A stretch of DNA of 64,000 nt from Myxococcota bacterium. Its GTDB lineage: Bacteria > Myxococcota_A > UBA796 > CAJQPC01. Location: contig JAZAMN010000020.1 in the NCBI GenBank assembly GCA_036229005.1, positions 32,001 through 96,000 of the forward strand, read 5' to 3'. The notes under the pieces are model-generated. The model was not told the origin of the DNA. It worked only from the letters and a program-made list of their open reading frames with translations, and searched no databases. Made by a program: the position numbers and the translations under genes. This document shows, piece by piece, positions 1 through 8,172 of the stretch (position 1 is its first letter; every line of letters starts with the position of its first letter).

Positions 1-332
1 TTGACCAGGGCCAGGTGCAGCCCCGACTCGAAGAGGACCACCAGTCCCCGGTTCCCGCCCAAAGGTACCGACCCCGTACCTTTGAAGATCCCCGCCTTGA
101 AGGCCTTCAACTCGCCGCCGGTGAGGACGCGGTAGTCGTGCCCCTTGATCAGCTCGTCGGACCAGGCGCCAGAGATCTGGCTGGTGAAGCGCTTGCCCCG
201 CTGGGCGTAGCCGATGGCCTCGCCGACCTCGCGAGCGACCCACGCGGGTCGACCGTCGAGCTCCAGAGTCGTGAGCTTGTGCCCGTCGAAGTGCCCGCTG
301 TGGCGGACCAGGGTCAGGGTGGTCTGGGGCAT
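1..332 (-). CDS. Bro-N (BRO family / phage antirepressor-like) protein; 3' end runs off the window
   Basis: My translation, not in the ORF track: MPQTTLTLVRHSGHFDGHKLTTLELDGRPAWVAREVGEAIGY...LVVLFESGLHLALV. This matches Bro-N motifs (F.G..L....DG.PwfvA.dV...lGY; l.EsGl). GGAGG RBS upstream of the ATG. Confidence 0.75.
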   Translation of the reverse strand, partial: MPQTTLTLVRHSGHFDGHKLTTLELDGRPAWVAREVGEAIGYAQRGKRFTSQISGAWSDELIKGHDYRVLTGGELKAFKAGIFKGTGSVPLGGNRGLVVLFESGLHLALV

Positions 333-510
333 CGTCGCCTCCGTCAGGGGTGCTCGAGTGCACCGGTGACGGAGACATCGCCCGACAGGCGGCTGAAGAC
401 TGCCAGTTCACTGTCGGCTGTTTTGGGCCGTTTCGGCGGATCTCGACGACCTTGGCGCTGAACGAGGGGCAGATCGCAGGAGGTTTGGCCCTTGAGTCCT
501 CCACTATCGT

Positions 511-570
511 CCGATCCGGATTGTCGATTGATTGTCGATCGGATCGGGGGCGGACAGAAACTGTCCGCCC
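511..570. repeat. Nested inverted/direct repeat followed by a perfect 10-bp hairpin in a divergent intergenic region
   Basis: CCGATCCG (511-518) and CGGATCGG (540-547) enclose GATTGTCGAT twice (519-528, 530-539). Then GGGCGGACAG-AAA-CTGTCCGCCC (548-570). Confidence 0.8.
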
Positions 571-697
571 TTCCAGTCGGACCGAGGCGAGGCCGACTCG
601 CCAGAATGGACCCTTCCAGGCTCAGATCCAGCCGGTCAGACCTTCCGAATGCCCCAGATTGGCCATTGCGCAGGCTCGCAGTCCATTGCTACACCCA

Positions 698-709
698 GAA
701 CACATGTTC
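698..709. promoter_or_regulatory. Palindromic GAAC-N4-GTTC operator (LexA/SOS-box-like)
   Basis: GAACACATGTTC ends 20 nt before the GTG at 730. Confidence 0.35.
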
Positions 710-729
710 AGTGCTTCTTGGAGGGAGCA

Positions 730-1851
730 GTGAGGACCCCGACGCAGCGAATCGACGATCCCTTGGGCTACCGCCTGTGGAGCCCCGCACTTCTCTCACG
801 CCTGCTGGACCGACACGGCCTGGCCGCAGAGACAACCGACCTACCCGGCCTGTGGAGGAACATCGCCGCGCGGCCGAGCGACTACCCGGTGACGCTCTTC
901 GACGCGCTCTACCAGGTCCGGGAGCTCTCGGACGAGGGCGGCCACGAAGAGCTCATCGAGGGGATGGGCGGACCGCTCTTCGCGTGCGATGCCGCGGGCC
1001 TTCCGCCGCGGGACGTCGCGCTGCTGGCCTACCTCGACCACCAGGAGCTCTTCACCCGCGTGCGCGGCCGGCGGGCCATCGCCGCCACCCGGCGCTTTCG
1101 GGAGTTCCGGGGCCGACAGCTCCGCCCCATGGAGCTCCCTGGTCCTGAGGTGATCGCGCGACTGGAGGAGCAACTCGGCGTCCGTTTTCAGCGCCGAAAC
1201 CGGAGCCGGCACTGCCGGATCCACCCCTACGCGCTGGATGGCCTCCTCCACTTCGACATCCACCACGGTCGCCCCAGGCTTCGGGACGCGGCGCTGGACG
1301 AGCGAGGGCGAGAGATCCAGCCCGGCGAGGTGGAGTACCGCCCCGAGCAGGTCGACCGCGCCAGCTACGACCCCGCCACGGGGCTGCTGCGGGTGACGGC
1401 TCGGGACATGCGCACCATCGCCGCCTATTGCGAGGTCTTCGGGCTGGAGCTCTTTGGCGCACGCAGCTGGTTCTCGGACGCCACGGTGTTGACCTTCGAG
1501 CCGCTGCTCGACGACCCCGCCGGAGCCCTGCGCCCGACGCGAGGCATCAAGGACGTCCGGCTGGTCTCTGCCCAGATCACCTGCGAAGGCCGGATCGGCA
1601 TGGAGTTGGTCTTCCGCTCTAAGGACGTCTTCGCTGCCATCGCCGAGCACGGCGGCGTCAGCCTTCGCGACGGCCGGCTCACCTGGGTGGGCCTTGGGGT
1701 CACCTACGCCCACGGGGGCGTCCGGGTCACGCGACTGGGCCTCCCCAACCAGGTCACCTACAACAACCACCGCGACGAGCCGGTGATCCGTCGCTTCCTG
1801 GAGGAGCGCGGCTTCCTTCGGGGACCGCTCAGCTTCCAAATGGCGTCCTGA
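730..1851 (+). CDS. Hypothetical protein of the integrative element (373 aa)
   Basis: ORF 532..1851. GTG at 730 follows a GGAGGGAG RBS. GC3-rich codons; HG-RP...YRPE..D.A.YD...G.LRV motif; coupled to the next gene. Confidence 0.7.
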   Translation: MRTPTQRIDDPLGYRLWSPALLSRLLDRHGLAAETTDLPGLWRNIAARPSDYPVTLFDALYQVRELSDEGGHEELIEGMGGPLFACDAAGLPPRDVALLAYLDHQELFTRVRGRRAIAATRRFREFRGRQLRPMELPGPEVIARLEEQLGVRFQRRNRSRHCRIHPYALDGLLHFDIHHGRPRLRDAALDERGREIQPGEVEYRPEQVDRASYDPATGLLRVTARDMRTIAAYCEVFGLELFGARSWFSDATVLTFEPLLDDPAGALRPTRGIKDVRLVSAQITCEGRIGMELVFRSKDVFAAIAEHGGVSLRDGRLTWVGLGVTYAHGGVRVTRLGLPNQVTYNNHRDEPVIRRFLEERGFLRGPLSFQMAS

Positions 1852-2882
1852 TGCAGCCCCTGTGGCGAGAGCTGGAGACGGGCTGGCGGCTCATTGGGCC
1901 CGAGCCGGAGCTTGCGGCCCAGCTCGGACCCGAGACCTTCGGCGCGCTCGACGAACTCGGGCTGGTTCGCCGCGAGCCCTTCCTGGCTGGTGCTCGCTTG
2001 CCTTGCCAGGGGTGCGCCCAGGGACGCCAGGTGGTCGAGCACGAGGGGACCTGGGCGGTCTGCACGCACCCCGAGATGGGCTGCGAGGCTGTAGACCTGA
2101 CCGAGGTGGACCGGGCTGAGCTCGACGAGGCTGGTCTGGTCCAACGGCTCCGAGTCTTGCTTCGGCTGGATGGCCCCTCAGAGCCCTTGTCACCACGCCG
2201 TCCAGTGCTCCTCGGACATCGGCCACTTGGTGGTCAGCGCGTCGCCTTCGCCCTGGTTCGGCCTCGGCGAGTCCAGGAGCGAGTGGTGCGGGAGTGGCTT
2301 CAACTCGGGCGGATCCAGTCGGCGGTGCTGCTCGCGCCGACCAGCCGCTGGCTCCCCGACTGGCCGCTCCCCCGGGGAGTGCAATGGCTGGCCCTGGACC
2401 AAATCGTCGACCTGCAAGCTGGGACAGCGGACCTCTCGGAGCTGGCCTTCGCGCTCCAGTTGACCGGCGAGGAGCTTGCCCAGCTCCTGTGGCCGCGCTT
2501 CCACCTCGTGATCGACCGCCAGGGCACGCCCTACTACGGCGGAGTGCGGCTGGACGTTGGCCGGAGCGCGAAGCTCGGACAGCTGCTGGCCATCCTGGCG
2601 GTTAGACCGGGTGAGTGGCTGAGTCGGCGAGAGCTGCTAACGGCTCTCTACCCGGAGGAGGTGACCAACCGGGGGCGGTGGCTTACCGATCCACAGAAGC
2701 TCGACCGCCGGCTGCGGCAGCTGGTCAGCGCGCTGAGCAAGGCCTTCGATACAGCGCGCCTCCCAGACTCGGCACTGGACAACCCGCTCGAGAACCTCCG
2801 TACGCGCGGCGACCACGAGGGTGGGTACCGGCTAGGAATCCCAAGCCGAGTCGTCCACTCGGGTATTCAGGGAGCGAGCTGA
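1851..2882 (+). CDS. Hypothetical protein with N-terminal Zn-ribbon-like Cys motif and C-terminal winged-helix-like DNA-binding region
   Basis: CQGC...C.HPEMGC. C-terminal LLAILAVRPGEWLSRRELLTALYP...LRQLVSAL...GGYRL resembles an OmpR/PhoB-type wHTH. Start overlaps the upstream stop. Confidence 0.65.
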   Translation: MQPLWRELETGWRLIGPEPELAAQLGPETFGALDELGLVRREPFLAGARLPCQGCAQGRQVVEHEGTWAVCTHPEMGCEAVDLTEVDRAELDEAGLVQRLRVLLRLDGPSEPLSPRRPVLLGHRPLGGQRVAFALVRPRRVQERVVREWLQLGRIQSAVLLAPTSRWLPDWPLPRGVQWLALDQIVDLQAGTADLSELAFALQLTGEELAQLLWPRFHLVIDRQGTPYYGGVRLDVGRSAKLGQLLAILAVRPGEWLSRRELLTALYPEEVTNRGRWLTDPQKLDRRLRQLVSALSKAFDTARLPDSALDNPLENLRTRGDHEGGYRLGIPSRVVHSGIQGAS

Positions 2883-2919
2883 GAGTGATTGACAGCAGAG
2901 CCGAGGAAGCCTGTCAGCC

Positions 2920-4254
2920 TCAGGCCGAGAGGAGAGGCAGCTTCTCGGCCTCCAGCATCGACCAACCCTCGTACAATGCTAGTCGATTCGCCCGCCCGTG
3001 CGCCAACAGCACATCGTTCGGCGAGCTGAGTTTCGCCTGCGTCCATTGGTAGAAAGAGCGCGTCCAGGCCAGCCATTGTGCATAGTTGACTGCAAGCGGA
3101 TTTCCGCTCTGGATGGTCACACGACCAGCGTTTGCCGCGGCCCCCAGACTGTTTGCCACCAGTGACATGGCAAGGACCCTCGGATGGTCACTGGTTCCGG
3201 CCGCCCTACCCACAATAGACTCGTGAGCAGCATCGGACTCGTAGACTGGGTCAAGTTTTCTACGCAACCAGAAATACCCGTGCAAAACGACGGATGCGGC
3301 CGCCACCGAGCTCGTCATGGTTAGGAAATGCCGGGAATCGTAGCCCTTCAGATACATGTGTCGCGCCAGTTCCGCGAGCGTCCGTTCGTTCTCGTCCAGG
3401 CGTCCAATCTGAAAGAGCTGCAGCAACGACCAACCTGGAGCAGGTAGTCCCATGCTGGTGAAACCGTCCGAGATCAGATGACCAATTTGCCAGACCAGCG
3501 CCTTGAACGGATTCCAAGTCGGCTCGGCGAATCCCGACAGGACAGCTAGTTTTCCGTCTCTACCGACCGCTGTGAGCCCACCCCGAAGTATGTCAATCAC
3601 TCCCACCACCAACCCGACTATCGGATCATGCCCAAAGGTTTGCAGGCGGTGGCTCTTGGGGAAAAAGCCCTTAACATCCACGCCTCTGACAGCGTCATAG
3701 GGCACCTTGAACCACTTCTCGAACCGTTCTTGGAATGGTAGTTCGAGGTTTCGTAGCCAATCAGAAAGGGGGCTCCCCTTGACCGGCTTGCCGAGGTATT
3801 CCATATCCTTCGGCACCCGGACGACTAACCAGTCAACCAGCGAGGCAACCAAACCTGCAAGGCAGGCAGCTGCGGTGTCGTAGGCATCCATACGCGTCTT
3901 GAGGGTGTACCCACCGTAGAACCTGGCTTCCAAACGCCGAACCTCATCCGGATCTAGCAGTTCGTCCAGGGATACCCCTACAACCCCGCGGCGCGCGAGT
4001 TCTCGGGCCGCTCGGGCCCGCACGGCCTCCCAGTCGCTCAAGGAGTCGGCTCTTCGCGACATCGGTCGCTTCTGCACCGATGTCGCGTTGGGAACACTCA
4101 AGCCGAAGGCACGAAGACGCTCCTCCAGGCGCGCGATCCCCTCACTTGTCGCCTGCACAGCCGCGAGGTCTACGGCGGACTGGTCCAGTAGCTCGCGGGT
4201 GGCGAGCGCCTCCCAAGAAAGAACCACTTCAAGTCCATCCGCCAATTCGGTCAA
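2920..4254 (-). CDS. Hypothetical cargo protein (444 aa) with HRLQTFGHDP motif and hydrophobic segments
   Basis: Long ORF with atypical lower-GC codon usage. TTG start overlaps the upstream TGA; GGAGG RBS. Confidence 0.75.
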   Translation of the reverse strand: MTELADGLEVVLSWEALATRELLDQSAVDLAAVQATSEGIARLEERLRAFGLSVPNATSVQKRPMSRRADSLSDWEAVRARAARELARRGVVGVSLDELLDPDEVRRLEARFYGGYTLKTRMDAYDTAAACLAGLVASLVDWLVVRVPKDMEYLGKPVKGSPLSDWLRNLELPFQERFEKWFKVPYDAVRGVDVKGFFPKSHRLQTFGHDPIVGLVVGVIDILRGGLTAVGRDGKLAVLSGFAEPTWNPFKALVWQIGHLISDGFTSMGLPAPGWSLLQLFQIGRLDENERTLAELARHMYLKGYDSRHFLTMTSSVAAASVVLHGYFWLRRKLDPVYESDAAHESIVGRAAGTSDHPRVLAMSLVANSLGAAANAGRVTIQSGNPLAVNYAQWLAWTRSFYQWTQAKLSSPNDVLLAHGRANRLALYEGWSMLEAEKLPLLSA

Positions 4255-5174
4255 TGGTCGTCCTCCATCCAGTCGATGGCGTCCTTTAGCGCATCTACCA
4301 GAGCCTCTATGTCCTTTAGACGCTGCGCGTTCTTGTCGTTCAACCCACGCTCCTCACGGAGCCGTTCCTCCAACTCAATGCGACGGTTCTGCAGTCCCGA
4401 GACGACTGTCTGCGCCTTTGCCAAGTCTCCCTGGAGGACCAACACGTCGTGCCGGTAGGCAACCTGAAGTTTAATGAGCTCAACCTTTGTGCGAGCGGCA
4501 CCGAGTTCCATCATCAAGCTTCCACCGCCAACCAGTGTCCCCCCCGTCGCCCCTGCAAACCCAGTTACCAAGGTGACCCCTCCAGCCATCCCTGCACCAC
4601 CAGCCGCGAGACTCCCCCCCCCGAGCAGCGCCAGGCCATGACCAGTCGCAGCTGCACCAGACAGGCCAGCAGCGGCACCCAAAGCTGATCCGATAGCAGG
4701 GGCGAGGAGGTACCCACCCATCCCAAGTACCACAAGGCCACCAAGACCAAGGGCCGCGACCTTTCCCCACGCCACATGAAAGTGTGCCTTTTGCGCAGAT
4801 TTTCGCGTGTTTTCCAGGCACTTCAGCTCGGTCTCATCCAGTCCCAACCTAGACGTCACGGCAAGCATGCCTTCCCGCCTATGTTTGTCCTTAACCCTGA
4901 CCTCATATGGGGCGAAGGGCTCGCAGAACAGGAGTTCCAGCAGAAGGCGTCGTGCGTCCCGCCTCTCCCACGTCGATGGAAGTGCATTCCAAGCGAAAGC
5001 AGGGCCCTTCAGCGACTCCACCGTCTGAGGAAACGCCTCGTATATGAGTTCCGCCTTCTTCTGGACGATCCGTTCTTTTTTCGCCTGGCGGTCCGTGTCC
5101 GTCTCAAGACGCGCCAACTTGTGAGCCAAGCCCAAAGTCGCCAGCGCCAAGTGAAAGGAGAACGCGTCACTCAT
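4251..5174 (-). CDS. Hypothetical cargo protein (about 307 aa) with long glycine-zipper hydrophobic region and C-terminal coiled coil
   Basis: GAAAGLSGAAATGHGLALLGGGSLAAGGAGMAGG, then a heptad-rich tail. Start taken at ATG 5174 (alternative 5180). Lower GC than the flanks. Confidence 0.7.
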   Translation of the reverse strand: MSDAFSFHLALATLGLAHKLARLETDTDRQAKKERIVQKKAELIYEAFPQTVESLKGPAFAWNALPSTWERRDARRLLLELLFCEPFAPYEVRVKDKHRREGMLAVTSRLGLDETELKCLENTRKSAQKAHFHVAWGKVAALGLGGLVVLGMGGYLLAPAIGSALGAAAGLSGAAATGHGLALLGGGSLAAGGAGMAGGVTLVTGFAGATGGTLVGGGSLMMELGAARTKVELIKLQVAYRHDVLVLQGDLAKAQTVVSGLQNRRIELEERLREERGLNDKNAQRLKDIEALVDALKDAIDWMEDDH

Positions 5175-5415
5175 TCCCATCCCCACAGTGCAGATTTCAG
5201 GTATACAAAGGCCACGACATTCTGCGGCATCATCCTCACAGACGCAAGGCGCAAGCACAGCCACCGCACAGCGCCGGCACGCACGCGCACCCGACCGCAC
5301 CCCGTCGACAGTGCACGCCCCGCGCAACCTCCCCCCTCGCCAACACCCCTCCCCCTCCTCTATCCAGAGTGTCCACCACCTCCCCATCACGCGGAGGTGC
5401 CACCCGGAGGACCCC

Positions 5416-5748
5416 ATGGAGCTTGAGGAGCCGCTGCCCGATGGCTTCCTGTCTACCCTGGACATGGAAGACGATGCCACCCAGAGCCAGGCCGTGCAGA
5501 CCCACGACCGCGACCGACTGCTGACGGTGGGCGAGGCCGCCCGAATCCTGCGGGTGCGGGACAGCGACGCGAGGCGGTGGCTGGAGGAGCACGGGCTCAT
5601 CATCCGCATCTGCGGGCGACGTCGGGTCCACCGGGGGCGGATGATGGAGGTCCTGATGGCCCCCAGCGCTGAGGAGGCCGAGCGGTCGCGTGCCAAGTCG
5701 CGCCGGAAGCAGCTGCGGATCCCGGTGCCCATGACCAAGGCGTTCTGA
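5416..5748 (+). CDS. Excisionase-like helix-turn-helix DNA-binding protein
   Basis: RLLTVGEAARILRVRDSDARRWL is HTH_17/AlpA-like. GGAGG RBS; next to the integrase. Confidence 0.65.
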   Translation: MELEEPLPDGFLSTLDMEDDATQSQAVQTHDRDRLLTVGEAARILRVRDSDARRWLEEHGLIIRICGRRRVHRGRMMEVLMAPSAEEAERSRAKSRRKQLRIPVPMTKAF

Positions 5749-5777
5749 GCACCCGGGCCCGCGCCAGGGGGCCCAGT

Positions 5778-7112
5778 TCAGTCCTTCACCATCCGCAGAT
5801 GCTGCTTCGCCGCCACCCGCTCCTGCAGCGCAGCGTCAATCAGCTCCAGCGCCGCCTCCACGCTCAGCCCCCGGTCGGCCAGCTGGGCGTAGATATCCTT
5901 CGCGCCGGCCATGGCCTCGACGCGGACGCTGGCGGCGATGCGCTCGCGGTCGGTGACGACGGCGTAGTGGCGGAGGGCGACCTCGGGTGAGTGGCCGGCC
6001 TGGTCGGCGTAGACGTTGATGGGGACGCCGGCCTCGATCTGGTCGGCGCTCCAGCGCCGGCGCAGGCCGTGGAAGGTGAACTGGCGATCCTCGGGGATGC
6101 CCTGGCGCTGCTGGCCCGCGATGAGCCGGGCGCCGCCCCGACGCCCGAACTTGCCGGAGAAGAGGCGGGTGTCAGGCTGGGCGTGCTTCTTCTTGAAGGA
6201 GAGGACCTCCTCGACAGTGGCGGTGCTGATGGCGACGCGCCGGGTGCCGGTCTTGCCCGTGAGCCGGACGAAGCCGCCGCCAGGGACCTGCTCGATGTCC
6301 CGCCACCGAAGAGCGCCGAGCTCGCCGATGCGGGCGCCGGTCCGCCAGCCCAGGAGGACGGCGAGCTTGAGGGGCATCTTGCGCAGGCCCGAGACGAAGC
6401 GCTCGAGCTCCTGGGTGGTGGGGGTGTGGCGGCGGTAGCGGCTGGGCTCCTGGCCCTTCTTGGCCTTGAGCATGAAGCGCTTGGGCTCCAGGCCGCCGGG
6501 CACGCCGAAGTCCCGCTCGCGACCCCAGCGCAGGATCATGCCCAGGACGGTCAGGGTGAGGTTGATGGTCCGGTGGCCGTAGCCGCTGCCGTCCGGCGCG
6601 GGTCCGATGGAGAGCTGCCCGCGCGCCCTCATGGCCTTGCGGTTGCGCGCGTCCTGGCGCTCCCGGAAGCTGGGCAGGGCCATGGTGTCGACCAGCTTGA
6701 CGAAGGCGTCGTTGCTGAGCTTGGAGACCTGCTCCCGACCGATGGTCTCGCGGATGTACACGCAGGCCCGCCGGTAGATGTCCAGGGTGCTCGGGGACAC
6801 GCCGGTCTCCGGGGGCCGCCGTTCCACCGAGGCGAACCAGGCGCGGCTGAGATCCACCATGGTCCGGACGCCGCTGGGGTCCACCGGGATACTGGAGGGG
6901 TCGATGAACGCCCACGCATGCAGCAGCGCCTCCTCGACGCCGTCCACCGGCAGCCTGCCCAGGCTCCGCTGGTGCCGCTTGCCGTCCGCGCTCCAGACCA
7001 TCCGCCACGACCAGTGCGGGGCGCGCTCGCTCGGAGGGCGGTGGGGGTACGCGGTCGCCAGGCGGGTCGACCCGATGGTCAGCGGGATGGGCTCTGGGGT
7101 GCTGGAACTCAT
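5778..7112 (-). CDS. Tyrosine recombinase/integrase
   Basis: Catalytic set present: TGARIGEL (R), LTGKTG (K), FHGLRR (HxxR), AGHS, LRHY. Confidence 0.93.
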   Translation of the reverse strand: MSSSTPEPIPLTIGSTRLATAYPHRPPSERAPHWSWRMVWSADGKRHQRSLGRLPVDGVEEALLHAWAFIDPSSIPVDPSGVRTMVDLSRAWFASVERRPPETGVSPSTLDIYRRACVYIRETIGREQVSKLSNDAFVKLVDTMALPSFRERQDARNRKAMRARGQLSIGPAPDGSGYGHRTINLTLTVLGMILRWGRERDFGVPGGLEPKRFMLKAKKGQEPSRYRRHTPTTQELERFVSGLRKMPLKLAVLLGWRTGARIGELGALRWRDIEQVPGGGFVRLTGKTGTRRVAISTATVEEVLSFKKKHAQPDTRLFSGKFGRRGGARLIAGQQRQGIPEDRQFTFHGLRRRWSADQIEAGVPINVYADQAGHSPEVALRHYAVVTDRERIAASVRVEAMAGAKDIYAQLADRGLSVEAALELIDAALQERVAAKQHLRMVKD

Positions 7113-7118
7113 GCCCAA

Positions 7119-7185
7119 AGTGTACACGCTGACGGGCGGATTCGGGCCTGATTCGGCCCGTTTTGGACCCTTCCGCGTGTACAAT
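7119..7185. promoter_or_regulatory. Back-to-back -10-like boxes inside a 9-bp inverted repeat (integrase promoter and outward promoter)
   Basis: TGTACACGC (7121-7129) and GCGTGTACA (7175-7183). The minus strand reads TACACT 6 nt before the integrase ATG; the plus strand reads TACAAT (7180-7185) toward the radical SAM gene. Confidence 0.55.
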
Positions 7186-7241
7186 CGCGTTCGAGTTTTC
7201 CAGAATCCTCAAGACAGCACCCAAAACCGCCACCACCATTA

Positions 7242-8147
7242 ATGCGCTATCAACCTCCTCTTTTCCGTCCTCCTTCCGAAGCCAGAAGCTACATTCTGCA
7301 AGCAACACTGGGATGCAGCTGGAACAACTGCACCTACTGCCACATGTACCGCGACAAGACCTTCACGGTCCGTCCGCTCCAGGAGGTCCTCGCCGACATC
7401 GAGATGGCTGGGGAGCGCTTTGGGCCACGGGTCCAGAAGGTGTTCGTGGCGGATGGCGATGCGCTGGTGATGCCTCTCTCCCACTGGGTCCCCATCTTGA
7501 GGGCGCTGCGCAAGGCCTTTCCAGGGCTGCGGCAGGTGTCCTGCTATGCGATGGCGAGCAATGTGACGGAGAAGTCGGACACGGAGCTCTCAACGCTCCG
7601 GGCTGAAGGGCTCTCGCTGCTCTACATGGGGCCGGAGTCCGGCGACGAGGTCACCATGAGGCAGCTCGCGAAGCAGCCGCGACCGGAAGGGGCACCGCGC
7701 TCGACCGACTATCTGTACGAGGCGCACGTGGAGGCGGCCCGAAAAGCACACGCAGCGGGGATGAAGCTGTCCGCGATCTTCCTGCTGGGCGCAGGGGGGA
7801 CGGAGCGCTCGATGGAGCACGCGCGGGCCTCAGCGCGGCTGGCGACGGACATGGACCCGGAGTACCTGGCGGCGCTGACGCTGACGGTGGTTCCAGGCAC
7901 GCCGCTGGCCAAGACGGCGGAGAACCTGGGCTGGGAGCTGCCCGACATCTACGGGCTGCTGGAGGAGCTCAAGGTGCTGGTGGGCGAGGCCCAGCCAACG
8001 CGCGCGCTGTTCCGCACAAACCACGCGTCCAACTACCTGCCGCTGGGTGGGACGCTGCCCCAGGACGGGCCCAAGATGGTGGAGCTGATCGACCTGGCGC
8101 TGGCGGGCGCGATCCCGCTGCGCGACGAGGACATGCGGGGGCTCTGA
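7242..8147 (+). CDS. Radical SAM protein (RPPSEA-type family)
   Basis: MRYQPPLFRPPSEA..ILQATLGCSWNNCTYC (CxxxCxxC), FVADGDAL, GPESG, FRTNHASNYLPL. Confidence 0.9.
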   Translation: MRYQPPLFRPPSEARSYILQATLGCSWNNCTYCHMYRDKTFTVRPLQEVLADIEMAGERFGPRVQKVFVADGDALVMPLSHWVPILRALRKAFPGLRQVSCYAMASNVTEKSDTELSTLRAEGLSLLYMGPESGDEVTMRQLAKQPRPEGAPRSTDYLYEAHVEAARKAHAAGMKLSAIFLLGAGGTERSMEHARASARLATDMDPEYLAALTLTVVPGTPLAKTAENLGWELPDIYGLLEELKVLVGEAQPTRALFRTNHASNYLPLGGTLPQDGPKMVELIDLALAGAIPLRDEDMRGL

Positions 8148-8172
8148 GGCGGCGGCGGGATAGACAACCCCC

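Larger units (their letters stand above)
1..7332. mobile_element. Right end of a tyrosine-integrase integrative element or prophage-like island; left end lies outside the window
   Basis: Integrase (5778-7112) with a convergent excisionase-like HTH gene, a Bro-N gene and a lower-GC cargo cassette. Host-type genes begin right after the integrase promoter. Right boundary inferred from the codon-usage switch and dyad at 7314-7332. Confidence 0.75.

Noticed and set aside
5250..5330. Repeated GCAC tetramers upstream of the excisionase-like gene
   Set aside because: Irregular spacing and too short to separate from compositional bias.
5175..5738. N-terminal extension of the 495-aa ORF 4251..5738
   Set aside because: It overlaps the excisionase-like gene on the other strand and has non-protein-like composition. 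The start is placed at 5174/5180.
7113..7241. tRNA or tmRNA as the integrase target
   Set aside because: No cloverleaf, T-loop consensus or CCA-ended fragment was recognised.
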